A DNA stretch of 64,000 nucleotides, taken from assembly GCF_902652985.1 (NCBI RefSeq), contig NC_047015.1:46934001-46998000 (forward strand), given 5' to 3'. Of this stretch, positions 63,998-64,000 are shown one piece after another; the first letter of the stretch is position 1; each line of letters begins with the position of its first letter. Source of the stretch: Pecten maximus. Lineage: Eukaryota. The notes below the pieces were generated by a model. That model saw only the letters and a program-made list of their open reading frames with translations. It did not search any database and was not told the DNA's origin. The position numbers and the translations under genes are program-made.

Positions 63998-64000
63998 TGT

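Overview
AT-rich eukaryotic (metazoan) genomic DNA with GT-AG introns. The V-type tRNA SINEs and Pearl/HINE-like elements suggest a mollusc, probably a bivalve (inference). Six conserved genes were reconstructed by hand: BPTF exon 1 (-), head-to-head with AIMP2 (+, 4 exons); PIGX (-, 5 coding exons), head-to-head with CHMP6/VPS20 (+, 8 coding exons); ATG12 (+, 4 exons, apparent 1-nt frameshift in exon 2); and a divergent CFAP52/WDR16 (-, 12 exons). Introns and intergenic DNA are dense with minisatellites, SINEs, Helentron-type elements, MITEs and LINE relics. The most interesting items: (1) a 325-codon ORF inside AIMP2 intron 1 with a myristoylation-type N-terminus and 13-aa repeats, which has a phase-0 donor compatible with AIMP2 exon 2 and may be an alternative membrane-anchoring first exon; (2) a 129-bp tRNA-Thr-containing TG..CA solo LTR with a 4-bp TSD that creates an in-frame acceptor for AIMP2 exon 2; (3) a young Galileo/P-like foldback element with 315-bp arms nested at the edge of a second foldback element in ATG12 intron 1. 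Gene identities come from recalled family motifs; no database search was run.
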